Of a stretch of 64,000 bases of DNA, positions 1 to 14,306 are shown in pieces. Position 1 is the first letter of the stretch. The number at the start of each line of letters is the position of its first letter. The notes beneath the pieces were generated by a model that was not told where the DNA came from, made no database searches, and saw nothing but the letters and a program-made list of their open reading frames with translations. Source of the DNA: the human T2T-CHM13v2.0 reference genome, Homo sapiens. The stretch lies in assembly GCF_009914755.1 (NCBI RefSeq), contig NC_060929.1. One strand, given 5' to 3'. A program made the translations under genes and the position numbers.

Positions 1-289
1 GCGGGAGAACACAAGAGTGGCCATGGAACTGGCCTCCACCATGCTCCATCTTCCCACCCTGGTGTTCTCAGGCCCTTTTAAAGGTGGTCGTTGCTGAGAG
101 TATTTGGCTGCTTCTCCTGCCCCATGCTTTTCTAGGTTCCCAGAAGCTGTGGTTCTTTGGGACGTGGAGTGGCATAAGCTATACAGAAACTTCCCTCTGC
201 TCCCCCATGGATACTCGGTTCCCTCAATCGAGGCTGGTGCAGGGGAAGCTTGGAGCGGTGTCTACTCACTATCCAGCCCAGTATCCACT

Positions 290-1300
290 ATCCTCTCTTG
301 AGCTCCTGATGTCCCACCCCACTGTTGGCCTGACATTTCCCCACATTGTCCCACAGGCCCCTCAACTCAACATGGCCCAAATGGAACTCACCATCAAGAC
401 TGCTCCTTCTTTCACATCCCAGCCTCAGCCGACAACCCCTCCACCCAAGCCCCCTGCTTCCCAAATCGCACACCTGGCACTACCTCACCATCTTGCCCAT
501 CCCCAGCCAATCAGTCCTGGCTCAGGTCATTTCTACCACTGTGTCTCTTAGGGTGCCAGTTTCCCACCACTCCTACCACCTCTGCTGTAGTTCAGGAAGC
601 CATTAACACCCCCGGATGACCACTATGCCTCCGATCATGTCCCCACCAATCCTCCCCCACTCAGTAGCTGGAGGAATCTTATGGGGGCTCCCACTGCCTT
701 CGGGCTGGAGCCAGGCAGCGCCCTCCCTGACTTGCCCTGTTATGTCTCCAGCCTCATCCTTCCCCACTCACACACCCGTTCTGGCGACCCTGCGCCACCT
801 CAGTTCCTTAAACATGCCTACCATCACCTTGGGGCTACAACACCACAGCTAGAATCTTGCCCCCGCCCCTTTCCAAGCCTCTTCAGATCGGTGGGGCTGT
901 GCAGAGGGCTGGCTTGCAGCATCTGCTCAAGACACGTGGTCACTGATGGAATGATGACTGCTTTGCCCTATCATGGTAGTGCAACCCTGAATAGGGAGCA
1001 GGAATAGGACACCTCTGGCAACTGGGCACAGGCCTGCTCTCAGGGAGGGAGGGGTGGAGGGCTTTGGGTCTTAGCTGGCACGTGGCTTTCCTGCATGTCA
1101 CTATCCTGACCACTCCTGGCTGGGTTCAGTCTCCTGTGTATTCTGAGAGCCCTGGACACCCCCTCAGAACATCGATCATCTCTGCTTCCTCTACTTGTCC
1201 ACATGTCCCTCCCACCATCGACATGAGCCAATGGGGGTCCTGGCATACAACTAGCACTCAACAAACATGTGCCAGATAAACAAAGGAACGAACACATGGC
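290..1300 (+). mobile_element. Degraded L2 fragments
   Basis: L2-like ctcaactcaacatggcccaaatggaactc (~361) and 3'-end-like tggcatacaactagcactcaacaaacatgtg (~1241). Confidence 0.5.
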
Positions 1301-1819
1301 TTTGTCCAGAGTTGCTTCTACTGAGACATGCATGGCCTCTAAGTTTCCTTTGACCCTGAGTCCAGGCTGCCATAGGACAGCCCCTTGGTAAACTGAACAA
1401 GAATACTCCATGCTCACAGGCTTTCCCTTTTGCTTCCTCTGGAACTTTCCTCCAGTGAAATCCAACCCCTTTGCCTAGGTGAGAGCAGAAGAGAAACCAT
1501 GACAAATAAATCCAAGTGCGAGGTGCTCTAGCTGAGAGCTCTGCCCCTGGCTAGGACCAGGCTTGATGACCTGGGGTCTGTTCTCCTCTTCAGAGATGGG
1601 GAAGGGAGCTCCACTCAGTGTGAAAAAGTATGGGGATTGGAGTCACTGTGGTTTGAGAATCCTCCCAGTTCTCTCTTTTGCTCTTATTTCCCTGCATGAG
1701 TGCTCACAGGATAGGCCGGAGGGCGTGGGGTGCTGTTTCCCCCCACACTCGTGTTCCAGGCATGGGGAGTCTCAGAGCAGAGCAGCACCCACTTGCTTGC
1801 TTGCTGGAAGCCCAGGGCT

Positions 1820-1925
1820 TCTCTCCCTGGGCCTCATTTCCTCATCTGTCAAATGGGGCTGATAACCTCTGTCCTGTAATTGCTATAGGAGTCAAGGCCC
1901 AGAATGGCACCTTGCCTGGCCTGGC
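1820..1925 (+). mobile_element. MIR fragment
   Basis: MIR core gggcctcatttcctcatctgtcaaatgggg. Confidence 0.6.
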
Positions 1926-2871
1926 TCCAGGGGAGGAGCACCCCGGATGGCAGAGAAATACTCTTTGAATTTTAGTGGTCAGATTTTCATCCCTCTGAGG
2001 CATGGGGTGAGTGTGGGGTGTGTGGAAGGTTCTGGGGGTCAATCTCTCTCCAGAGGAAACCTCCAGGGGTTTGATCCCAGGGAGTCCACAGGATCCAGGG
2101 TAGATGTCCCCTCCTGGCAGAACTGTGTGTGTGGGGTGCTCATAAGGTGACTGTAATGGAAACATAAATTGTCCTGCTTCAAGGCAGCCACTTCAAAATG
2201 TTGTAATAACCATTATAAACCCATTCTCTGCACACCCACTAATAAATACCTTAGTCCCACGTCACATTTCCTGGTATCTCTAAAGCCACCAGGAGAAGGC
2301 AGGAAGGCCATAAAAGAAACACAAAAACACAGTTGCAGATGAGCCTAAAACCCATTTCTTTGAAGCTTAATTGATGGGAAAACTTCTGGCCCTAGAGAAC
2401 TTAAAGGCCTATCGTACAGATATTTGATTAAGTGTCCTCATATCACAGACCAAGCTAAACTGGAAATCATTATGCAATAATTGGAAATACACTAATAAAA
2501 TGAGGATGTGGGTTTGCTCAGGACATAAAAAGGAATAAAATAATTCACTCAGATAACTCAACAAAAATGAGCAGGCTGCCCCCGAGACAGCTAGAAGAGA
2601 GCCTCCTGAGACAGTGCCTGGCCCTCTATTGTCAAAAGCTTTTAGGGTAAGTGGATGCATAGCTAGGCTTCAAAACCACCCCAAGGCCCAGGTGCGGGGT
2701 GCCTGAGGGCGCTCCAAAGTCACTGCCCACAGCAGGGGCCGCCAGCCCACTCTCATTCGCATCACACAGCAGGGAGAGACCAGGCTCTAAAGACAGTGTT
2801 CCTTAGACGACTTGTGCAGACATGACCTCCCTTCGAAACTAAGAGCTCAGGAGAGAGTTCACATTAACTTT

Positions 2872-3017
2872 ACTAGTTAACGTGAATATGTTTGAGTTCC
2901 TGCTCACATTTTTTTTTTTTTTTTTTTACTTAGGGGAAAGTAAAAAAAAAAAACGTGTGCAGGAATTCAAACATAAAAAATATGTGCAGGAATTCAAACA
3001 CATGCACATTAACTAGT
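2872..3017. repeat. Imperfect inverted repeat (fold-back) with poly-T/poly-A inner arms
   Basis: Left arm actagttaacgtgaatatgtttgagttcctgctcacatt matches the reverse complement of the right arm at 33/39, around T-tract/actt-agggga-aagt/A-tract. Confidence 0.85.
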
Positions 3018-3424
3018 TAAGGTCTCAGACAAGGTCAAGGTGACTCCCTAACCATGAGGTGGCTTCCCACAGGACGTGAGTTGGGCTCAGCGGCTGGCTC
3101 TCATACCCCAGAACACGGCCTCTCCTGGCATTTCCCTTGCACGTGGTCCTAGGAATTCCCGCCAAGCCCCTGTGTGAGTGCATGTGAAGGAAGCAGCAGA
3201 GGATGAGGGACAGGCCGGTGGAGACCTCTCAGACAGGAACCCTTCCCCCTCTCTGTCTGGTGCTCTTTTGCCAAGGGAGCACAGCCACCTACCAACACCT
3301 CTGTTCTAACTCCAGGGCCTGTCACCTCTCTGTGCCATTCTCTCCAGCCCCCGCTCTCTGCTTCTCCATATCCCATATGTCCTGCCAGGCCCACCTTGAA
3401 GAATTCTTCCTTTAGGAAACCCTA

Positions 3425-3550
3425 GGTGTCAACCTTGAATGTGCCACTTATAAGCTATGTGACCTCTGGTAAGTCACTTACCCTCTCTGAACCTTAATTC
3501 TGTCATCCATGATGCAAGAACACTAACAGTATCTTATTGATGTAGCTGTG
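3425..3550 (+). mobile_element. MIR fragment
   Basis: agctatgtgacctctggtaagtcacttaccctctctgaacct, MIR core-like. Confidence 0.6.
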
Positions 3551-6500
3551 GCCCTCCAATGTATGACAGTCAACCCCCACCTCTCCAGCCTATAAGAGAG
3601 CTAGTAGCTTTGCCACCAGGCCTAGTACCTGCTCCAGCACTGTCTCCCAGGCACTCAGGGCTTCCTGTGTGATTTCTCTGAGGCTAGAGCCATCTCCTCA
3701 CTGGCTCTGGCAACTCGCACAGACCCCACACAGGGTGGGGTCCACAGAGGCCCCAGGAATGGACAGGGAATCAGGCAGACGAGTGGCAGGAAAGGGAGCT
3801 GGAAGGAGAGCCTTCCTGTTGACAGGAGGGGGCACTGAAGGTCTGTGGTGAGGTCGCTTGAAGTTCAGGGAATGGCAGCATTGGCAGGAGGGAAACAGGC
3901 GCTGGACCCCCATGTGGCTGCAGAGAGAGGCGGCAGAGGTAGGAGGAGAAGCTGTGGGGTCAGGCTGGTCAACACCATGGAGGGGCTTAGAGGGCACCAG
4001 GGGCAGGTTGCAGAGAAGGGGCAGGGGAAATTTTAGCTTGGAGTCAAAGAAAACAAAACTGTGCCTCTGCCAAAGCAAGGAAGTGGAAAAATCCTGTGTC
4101 AATTATCTCTGAACAAGCAGCACCATTCATCTTCTACTTACAGCACTGCAGTGAGGAGGCAAGCTGTCAACCTGCTCATCCACAGCGCTTTTACCCCAAC
4201 ACCTGATGAAGGAGGAACATTTGGAGTCGGCCTCTGCCTGTCTGCTCTGGCCAGGGCTGTGTGTCCCATGAGTCTTTCTGGAGGGCCTACTATGGACGTC
4301 CAGCCTGAATCAGATGCTGCAGGTGAGCTGAGCAGAGACACCCCAGACACAGGGCAAATGTCAGTTAAAAGCAAATTAACATTGTAACCCTAAACATTCC
4401 CCTTTCATGGGGACTATGAGAAAACTTGGGAAAAAGAAAAAAAGAATGACCAGTGATTCTCAGACCCCTAACAAGGCCACATCGATTTGTGCATACCCCC
4501 TTGGTCGTTTGCCTTCACGCTGTGTGTGTTTGCACATGGCAGCCATAGAACCCATGGTACCCAGAGTATGCCTTTCCAATAATCTCCCAGAATACCCTGG
4601 TTTCTGATTGCTCACGGATCCTTATACCATAAGGGGAGCTGCTTCTCACCATCTCTAGAAAACCCACCTGCCTGTGATTGTCCTAATGACTGTGGGAGTT
4701 GAGGCCTTTCCTTCTTCCTAGAAGCAGGCCAGGGACCACCCCTGCCGGCCCATCGAGATGAAGGATGCTCTTGTCGCACGGGTGATTATTGTGCATCATC
4801 ACAAGGGCTCAGGCCACTTGTCCTGGAAAACTTTTTTATTTCAGTTAGCAAGAGGTAAAGCAGGGTGCGGATTCCCTTAGCAACTCTGGAAGAAGAGAGA
4901 AAGTTCTGAGTCCTCTGTGAGGAGGACAGAGGGAGGGTTGACGCTAGCTCTGATGTGAAATGTCTCCTTAGGGCCACTAGCGGTGCCAACAGAAAGCAGA
5001 CATACCTTGGCTGGGCTGGACACTCAGCACGGGTGTGGAGACAGCCTGCAGCCAGCATCTGGGCTCCCTGGGAGGCTGGCCCACGGCCACCTCTCTGTTC
5101 CTGGGAACACCTGAGCAACTTGGCAGCTTCATACAGAACGTGGAATACAGAGGACTTTTCAAAACACTGCGGCATCCTTCTGAACCCTGGGGCTTGAGAA
5201 TCTTAGGTCTTCCAAAACCACACATATCAGAAATACACGTTTTGGTCAAACTGCTTAGCGCAGTTGAAAGAAGACTCTGACCTTATAATTGAAAAAAAGT
5301 TTTTTATAGCCGGGGGCTGTGGTTTGGTGATGTTTGGTTGTATTCAAGGCAGTAAGAGACATTTTATCAAGGGTGCAGTTCCCATCTACTGGGTTTCTGT
5401 TTACTCTGCAAGTCCTAATTCTGTATTGTCATTCTGTGAGCAACACCACTTGAATTCAATTGCTAGATTTTGAATTTCCTTAAGCAAGTTCTATTTAGTT
5501 GAGGCCAGAATCTCAGTGGGTGGTAATAAATATCAAAGCACAGGATGGTCGAGGGAAACAAAGTAAAAATCCCAAATCAAATACGATTATTGATCAACGC
5601 TGAACTGCTTTAATCATTTCTATGCTAATTCCAGATATATACACACATATTGGCATTTTCATTACATAAATACATTGATATTTTCAACTGAGAAAATATA
5701 TTGAGCAATTTAAAATTGCAATCTTTGAAGAATGGCAAATAAATAAAAATATAGTAAAAGGCACAGAACAGAAAAGGCAGTGAATTCTTATAGGCCTGAG
5801 ACAGCCTGTGAAACACCTTCAGATATTTAATATGGCACCACTTTCTTGAAAATTTTTAAAAGCAAAATATGCATACCATAAAAAACAAAAACTGCAAATA
5901 ATACAATTGGACAAATTAAACACCTTTCTTGCCCCTTCACTATGGAAAAAATCAATTCCCTGATCCTTCCCTGTTACTTATACAGTCTAAAACATTAATT
6001 TTTACCTCATTACATTCTGTAACTATAAGTAATAAGTGTAAGTTTCTATTCATTGACTCTAAAAGTGAAAATGAATAAAGAACATTATCAACATTCTGAT
6101 GATGTAACCCTCATCCATGGCAGAAAGATACAGTGAACCTCACGGCAGGGGAGATGTCAGCCCAGGTGACTCACCTGTGCTGTTTGAAGGAGATTATTTT
6201 AAGCTTCATAGTTAAATTGTTCTCTTTCTTCATCTTCCTTTAATTGCTCAAAATCGTGACATATTTTAGTTTGCTTAATATTTTATGATGTCTTTCTGGT
6301 TTAGCAATTTGCCTTCTCCAGAATTTTTAACTGCCTTAAAAAATTTATTGAGGGATAGCACATACGTATTCTTCATCATATCTCTGAGGTCTTCCAGTTT
6401 CTTCATCTTATTTTTGTTCAATGGAATTAACTTTCTTCTTGAAGACTTGCTTTTCAGAACCTTCTGACTTTCTGTTCTAACTTGAATGGATTCTCTCCCA

Positions 6501-6601
6501 GGTTTCTTACACAGTTGTCCCACAAGTCCTGCCGGGGTTTTGTTTCACTGGATACCTGGCTTAGCTCTTCTGTTTCTTGGACCAGCTCTTCTTCTTTCTA
6601 G

Positions 6602-6877
<276 letters not shown>

Positions 6878-6916
6878 TAGGTACAAAATTGTTTGCCCTT
6901 AGAAATGTGAAGGCAA

Positions 6917-8116
6917 GTGTCTGTTCATATCCTTTGCCCACCTTTAGATGGGGTTGTTTTTCTATTATAAATTTGTTTAAGTTCCTTGTAGATTCTGGAT
7001 ATTAGCCCTTTGTCAGATGGGTAGATTGCAAAAATTTTCTCCTATTCCGTAGGTTGCCTGTTCACTCTGATGATAGTTTCTTTTGCTGTGCAGAAGCTCT
7101 TTAGTTTAATTAGATCCCATTTGTCTATTTTGGCTTTTGTTGTAATTGCTTTTGGTGTTTTAGTCATGAAGTCTTTGCCCATGCCTACATCGTGAATGGT
7201 ATTGCCTAGGTTTTCTTCTAGGGTTTTTACGGTTTTAGGTTTTACATTTAAGTCTTTAGTCCATCTTGAATTAATTTTTGTACAAGGTGTAAGGAAGGAG
7301 TCCGGCCAACAAACATATGAAAAAAAGCTCATCATCACTGGCCATCACAGAAATGCAAATCAAAACCACAATGAGATACCATCTTACACCAGTTAGAATG
7401 GCGATCATTAAAAAGTCAGGAAACAGATGCTGGAAAGGATGTGAAGAAATAGGAACGTTTTTACACTGTTGGTGGGAGTATAAATTAGTTCAGCCATTGT
7501 GAAAGACAGTGTGGCGATTCCTCAAGGATCTGGAACCAGAAATACCATTTGACCCAGCAATCCCATTACTGGGTATATACCCAAAGGACTATAAATCCTA
7601 TTCTACTATAAAGACACATGCACATGTATGTTTATTGCGCCACTATTCACGATAACAAAGACTTGGAACCAATCCAAATGCCCATCAACGGTAGACTGGA
7701 TAAAGGAAATGTGGCACATACACAACATGAAATACTATGCAGCCATTAAAAAGAATGAGTTCATGTCCTTTGCAGGGACATGAATGAAGCCGGAAACCAT
7801 CATTCTCAGCAAACTAACACAGGAGCAGAAAACCAAACACCACATGTTCTTACTCATAAGTGGGAGTTGAACAATGGGAACACATGGATAGAGGGAGGGG
7901 AATATCACACACTGCGGCCTGTCAGGGGGTTGGGGGCAAGGGGAGGGAGAGCATTAGAACAAATACCTAATGCACGCCGGGCTTAAAACCTAGATGATGG
8001 GTTGATGGGTGCAGCAAACCACCATGGCACATGTACACGTATGTAACAAACCTGCACGTTCTGCACACGTATCCCAGAACTTAAAGTATAATAAATAAAT
8101 AAAAAATAAAAATAAA
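6917..8116 (+). mobile_element. 5'-truncated and 5'-inverted L1PA (about L1PA6-8)
   Basis: 6917-7303 is antisense ORF2 ([25 protein letters not shown]); 7304-8116 is sense ORF2 C-terminus ([21 protein letters not shown]) plus 3'UTR and A-tail; TSD agaa(a/c)tgtgaaggcaa at 6901-6916 and 8117-8132. Confidence 0.92.
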
Positions 8117-9003
8117 AGAACTGTGAAGGCAATTACCTCACTGCCTTCCAGTGTTGCTAATGCCAATCTGCCAACAATGATTCCTGATCCTTTGTTGATA
8201 ACTTGTCTTTTACCTCTGGAAGCTTTGAGAATCTTCTCTTTATCCTAAATGTTCTGAAATATCAAGAGGATACGCAACTATACAACTGTGGGTCTTTTTT
8301 CATTCCCCCCTGCTTCTGTCTCAGTGGGTCATTCTTTTTGAAGGTCTATATCTTAGCTCAGCTCTGGGGAGTTTTCTTCTGTTATTCCTTTGGTAATTTC
8401 CTGCTCTTAAGTTTCTTTGTTCTCTCTTTCTGGGTTGATATTAGTTAGATATTGGTATTGCTAGTCATCTGTGTTTCTCAGTTTCTCTCTCGCCTTTTCC
8501 ATTTCTTTGACTTTTAATCTAAGTTGTGGGATACTTCCTTGACTTATTCTTCGGCTCCTTCTATGGAAGGTTTAATGTTGGTGACTGCATTTTTAATTTC
8601 CAAGAAATACTTCTTGGGCTATTTTCCTTTCTCATAACAACCTGTTCTTATTTTATGGAAATGTTTTATCAAGTCCCTCTAAAGGTTTTTTTTTATTAGA
8701 TTTAAAAATTTAAAAATTTTTCCTTTGTTCCCTATCCCCCACAGCCAGTTGCTCTTTTCCTTCCTGTTGGTTCTTCCCTTTTGTGCTCTTGGCTTTCTCA
8801 AAATGTCTCACGATCCCCGTTTGTCCGCTGCATTGTGCATGATGGGTTGATCAGTGCAGGCAGTAGACACCGGTGTGCATTGCCTGTGGCTGTGTAGGTC
8901 TCTGTCTCTTCCCCTGGGAGGGCTGCGTGTGAACTCCCTCTGTCGGGAGGTGTGTCACACAGCAGGCTCAGTTTAGTATGCTCCCTGGGCAGCGTACAGG
9001 TGA

Positions 9004-9341
<338 letters not shown>

Positions 9342-9459
9342 TTGACTTTCAATCCCTTGAGGTCAGATGAACACCACGTATTTTCCTTTTCTTAGTCCTC
9401 AAGAGGACCTTGAATAAGACAATGATTAATAAAAACAAAAACAAACAAAACCTCCCTTA

Positions 9460-9680
9460 CTATTCATTAATGGCCCACTCTGAGCCAGGTATGTTATAGC
9501 TGCATTATTTCTATTTATTTAATTCCATAAATAGACCTAGTTTCCACTTTAGAGATGAGGAAACAGACCCAAAAAGTGTAAGACACCTGCATCATAGCCA
9601 GGAAGAACCTGAGAGACTAGCATATCCAGCCCCTCACTCAAAAGACAAGGAAACTGAGGCCCAGTTTTGTCCAAAGCCAT
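9460..9680 (-). mobile_element. MIR
   Basis: ccactttagagatgaggaaacagacccaaa, antisense MIR core. Confidence 0.6.
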
Positions 9681-10419
9681 AGTTTGGTGAGGATAGTATT
9701 TCAGAATGATGGCCAGTGGTTTTTCATTTTCAGTGAATTGTTTTTTTCTCCTAAGTTCTTCCACCATTAAAATAAGACATGAGGCTGAATGTTATGGTCT
9801 CAGAGAAAAGTATGGTGCACAGAGCATAAAGGTATCAAACTCTTGGCTCTTGAAAATCATACCAGAGACCATTTTCTGAAAATGAAGGCTTTTGATTTGC
9901 AGAAAACAGGCTTTTGAAAGGTAATTTATGTCTGAAGCTGCAAAATCTTAGCTTTTCATAGCAAAGAATAAAGCTATGGAGTCCATAAAGTTTAGAGTCT
10001 AAGCAGAGGCACTGGGGAGAATGTGTAGGAATTTCAGAGCTAGTTTTCCCTCCCAATGAGAGATCAAGTCACTTGTCTGGGAGGGAGAGGGGAAAGGAAT
10101 TTGGAGATGAGAACAGTAGAGACAGCCACTAGAAGGGGAGTCTACATCCCATTCTCCTGGGAGGAGCAGATCATAACCCCATAGGAGTTGGTGGGGGTCC
10201 CAGGATGCCATGGGAAAGGGGCTGCAAGCCTGTGAGAGCCCCCAAGTCTGGCCAGGTGCAGGAGCTGAGGGGCAGAAAGGGCAGGAGTGCTCACGGAGGT
10301 GACTGGGCGGGAGTGGGCCACTCTCAGCTGTGTGTCCTCCACTTCGCAACCTGTGCCTCTCTAGTCCAGCTGCTCAGAACTCATAGCCGGCTACCTCTGC
10401 TTCCTTGTGGAGGGACTGT

Positions 10420-10560
10420 TGGCTACTTACCTGTGCCTCAGTTTCCTCATCTGAAAAATGGGGATACTAATAGAACTTGCCACACTGGGTAGCTGTGAGG
10501 ATTAAGTGAGATGGTGTACGGAAAGTCCCCAGCATGGAGCCTGGAACAGAGAAACTGCCT
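10420..10560 (+). mobile_element. MIR
   Basis: ctgtgcctcagtttcctcatctgaaaaatggggatactaatag...gtgaggattaagtgagat. Confidence 0.75.
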
Positions 10561-10970
10561 GGAAAATGCAGCTCTTATAAGACCAGGTTTAAAATCTACC
10601 CGCCTGAACCAGCAGAACTAGGGTACTCCTGCATGGAGGCCAATTAAAACAGCTAAGTCATCACCATCTTTTCAATAACTGCCACTTAGAGTCCTGACAC
10701 CAGGGCTTGTGTGGTTTCTAATCGTATTCAGTGAGATCTCAGAATAGTTCTCTCAAGTACACAGACCCCGTGTCCTCGTGAAAATAAATAAAACACATCT
10801 TGTGACAACTTCAGTCCTCTTTGCAGAGGGAAGGCTGGGATATGGACCCCTGCCTATGTGTGAGACCCACAAACCCAGAGATGAGCAGTGGGTAGTCCTG
10901 GGGGAAGAACACCAAACACTCTTTTAATTGCTAAAAGATGGAGTGCAAGGGTGCTCCCCTGTTGAAAGCC

Positions 10971-10977
10971 TCTCTCT

Positions 10978-11022
<45 letters not shown>
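10971..11022. repeat. (TC)5(TG)21 microsatellite
   Basis: Read directly. Confidence 0.95.
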
Positions 11023-11025
<3 letters not shown>

Positions 11026-11161
11026 CTCCATGTGTCCTCTTCCCTGTAGCCCCATCTCTCTGAGGAGCTTCCAGCGGTGCAGAAGTCATTGACCCACAAG
11101 GCACAACCTCACTGCACCAAAGAAGCTAAGAGTGCAGCCAGCACAGCAGAATACTTCCAAA

Positions 11162-11945
11162 TGTCATGCTGCCATGTGACTGTAAAGGATCCATAGGATG
11201 GACTTTATGTTTGTCATGCTGCCATGCGACTGTAAAGGACCCATAGGATGGACTTTGTTTGTCATGCTGCCATGCGACTGTAAAGGACCCATAGGATGGA
11301 CTTTGTTTGTCATGCTGCCATGTGACTGTAAAGGACCCATAGGATGGACTTTATGTTTGTCATGCTGCCATGCGACTGTAAAGGACCCATAGGATGGACT
11401 TTATGTTTGTCATGCTGCCATGCGACTGTAAAGGACCCAAAGGATGGACTTTGTCATGCTGCCATGTGACTGTAAAGGACCCATAGGATGGACTTTATGT
11501 TTGTCATGCTGCCATGCGACTGTAAAGGACCCATAGGATGGACTTTGTTTGTCAGGCTGCCATGTGACTGTAAAGGTCCCATAGGATGGACTTTATGTTT
11601 GTCATGCTGCCATGCGACTGTAAAGGACCCATAGGATGGACTTTGTTTGTCAGGCTGCCATGCGACTGTAAAGGACCCATAGGATGGACTTTATGTTTGT
11701 CATGCTGCCATGCGACTGTAAAGGACCCATAGGATGGACTTTGTTTGTCATGCTGCCATGCGACTGTAAAGGACCCATAGGATGGACTTTATGTTTGTCA
11801 TGCTGCCATGCGACTGTAAAGGACCCATAGGATGGACTTTATGTTTGTCAGGCTGCCATGTGACTGTAAAGGACCCATAGGATGGACTTTGTTTGTCATG
11901 CTGCTATGTGACTGTAAAAGACCCATGGGATGGACTATATGTTCT
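11162..11945. repeat. Minisatellite/VNTR, 16 copies of a 48-50 bp unit
   Basis: Unit ttgtcatgctgccatg(c/t)gactgtaaaggacccataggatggacttt(at)gt; 16 occurrences of actgtaaa counted; one shortened unit near 11450. Confidence 0.97.
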
Positions 11946-12249
11946 TTCTGTTCTTGGAGATAGTGTCATACACTTACCAAGAGTGATGGTTATTAGAGGC
12001 ACTGAGACAAACCCCTTCTGGGGACCAGCACTGCTGTGCCCGCTGGGGCCCCAGTCTGCCCCTCTGTGTCCAGCCCCATGAGAACCCGCTGTTGCACGAA
12101 GGGCCCACACAGCATGGGCAGATCTTCCCTCCAGCCTCAGGCTCTCAGGGTTGACTACCTCCCCTGGTTCTTCACTCCCTCTCTTCCTTCTTAAGGTTTC
12201 TCTCAAGGTTTAGGTTCCTGTTTTCTTTCCTACAATCAAAAGCTCTTTG

Positions 12250-12740
12250 GTATGAGTGAAGATTAAATTTTCTGTAACAGGTACGATCCACATAATGGAT
12301 TAAACAAATGATAAGTTTTGCTGTCTTTATGTAAAAGAATACAGAGGCGGGTGATCCAGAGCTGGCATAGTGTCCTCCATTAACTTGTCAGAGACCCAGG
12401 GTCATCTCAGTTCATCATTCTGCCATCCCCTGGGTGTGGCCCTGGGCTCCATGGTCCAGGATGAAGCTAGCCAAAATATTCTCCTTCCAGGCAGTGACAG
12501 GGAGGAAAGGAAGAAGGAGGACATCCCCTCTCTTCCTTAAGGTGGCTTTCTGGAAATTTCACATAACACTTCTGCTCCATCTGATTGAAAAGAACATGGT
12601 AGGAAGGCTAACTTAGCTATAAGAAAGGCTGGGAAAGGTAGTTTCTTATCTGAATGGCAATGTGTCCAGGTAACTTCAAGATTTTGTTACTAAAGGAGGA
12701 GGTGGGAAGATGTTTAGTGGAAGGCAACTAGTAATATCTG
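12250..12740 (-). mobile_element. Old MaLR LTR (MLT1J/K/L-like)
   Basis: ctgtaacagg...attaaacaaatgataag...gatccagagctgg and agctataagaaaggctgggaaaggtagtttc resemble antisense MLT1. Confidence 0.6.
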
Positions 12741-12829
12741 CATATGTAAATTTTTTTATTTTGGCCAGCAGAGGGAAAGCGGCACAGATGTCTCCACTGC
12801 CCCTTTGCTGCATTTCCAGTCCCTATACC

Positions 12830-13610
<781 letters not shown>

Positions 13611-13917
13611 TAATTAAATAGCAATTAAATTTTTCCTATAAGTCTAGTATGGCTCTTTTTTTTATTTTTGAAGAGTATTTAGATCTGTCACAATTTCTTA
13701 TTGCTTTAAATATTTTATTTTGCTTTTTTTTGTTGTTCTCAACTTTTTAGAATTGGGGGGTACATATGCAGGGATGTTACAAAGGTATACTGTGTGATGC
13801 TGGGGTTTAAAATATGACCAAATCCGTCACCTTGGAAGTGAGCATAGTACCCAACAGGTAGTTTTTCACCCTTGCTCAGTGCCACCCCTACCCATTAGTC
13901 CCCACGTCTTTTGTTCT

Positions 13918-14090
13918 CACACACATATATATATACACACATATATATATATACACACATATATATACACACACATATATATATACACACATATATATAC
14001 ACACATATATATATACACATATATATACACACACATATATATACACATATATATATATACACACACATATATATACACATATATATATAT
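13918..14090. repeat. Compound (TA)n/(CA)n microsatellite
   Basis: ~170 bp of alternating acacac/atatat blocks. Confidence 0.95.
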
Positions 14091-14092
14091 GG

Positions 14093-14306
14093 TTTTCTTT
14101 GAGACAAGTTCTCGCTTTGTCACCCAGACTAGAGTGTAGTGGTGTGATCTTGGCTCACAGCAACCTCAACCTCCTGGGCTCAAGTGATCTTCCCACCTCA
14201 GCCCCCCAAGTAGCTGGTACTACAGGGACATGCCACCATGCATAGCTAATTTTTACAATTTTTGTAGAGACCAGATTTTACCATGTTGCCCAGGCCGGTC
14301 TCAAAT
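14093..14306 (-). mobile_element. 5'-truncated AluJ
   Basis: AluJ-type ctcctgggctcaagtgatcttcccacctcagcc and ttttgtagagac...ttgcccagg. Confidence 0.85.

Noticed and set aside
1043-1061. G-quadruplex motif gggagggaggggtggaggg
   Set aside because: Fits the pattern, but such motifs are common and nothing here suggests function.
84-1465. Cluster of 100-155 aa ORFs at the window start
   Set aside because: Overlapping in several frames, low-complexity, over L2 remnants; no FSTL4 or other recognisable homology.
4971-4990. Possible CTCF site gggccactagcggtgccaac
   Set aside because: Several mismatches in the 3' half of the core.
7042-7986. L1 ORF2-like peptides as genes
   Set aside because: Fragments of a truncated, inverted, inactive L1.
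11162-11945. CRISPR-like array, or coding repeat (ORF 11198..11392)
   Set aside because: Units are head-to-tail with no unique spacers, there are no cas genes and the DNA is primate; the repetitive peptide is a by-product of the VNTR.
13879-14139. His/Ile/Tyr/Thr-rich ORFs
   Set aside because: Translations of the (TA/CA)n microsatellite.
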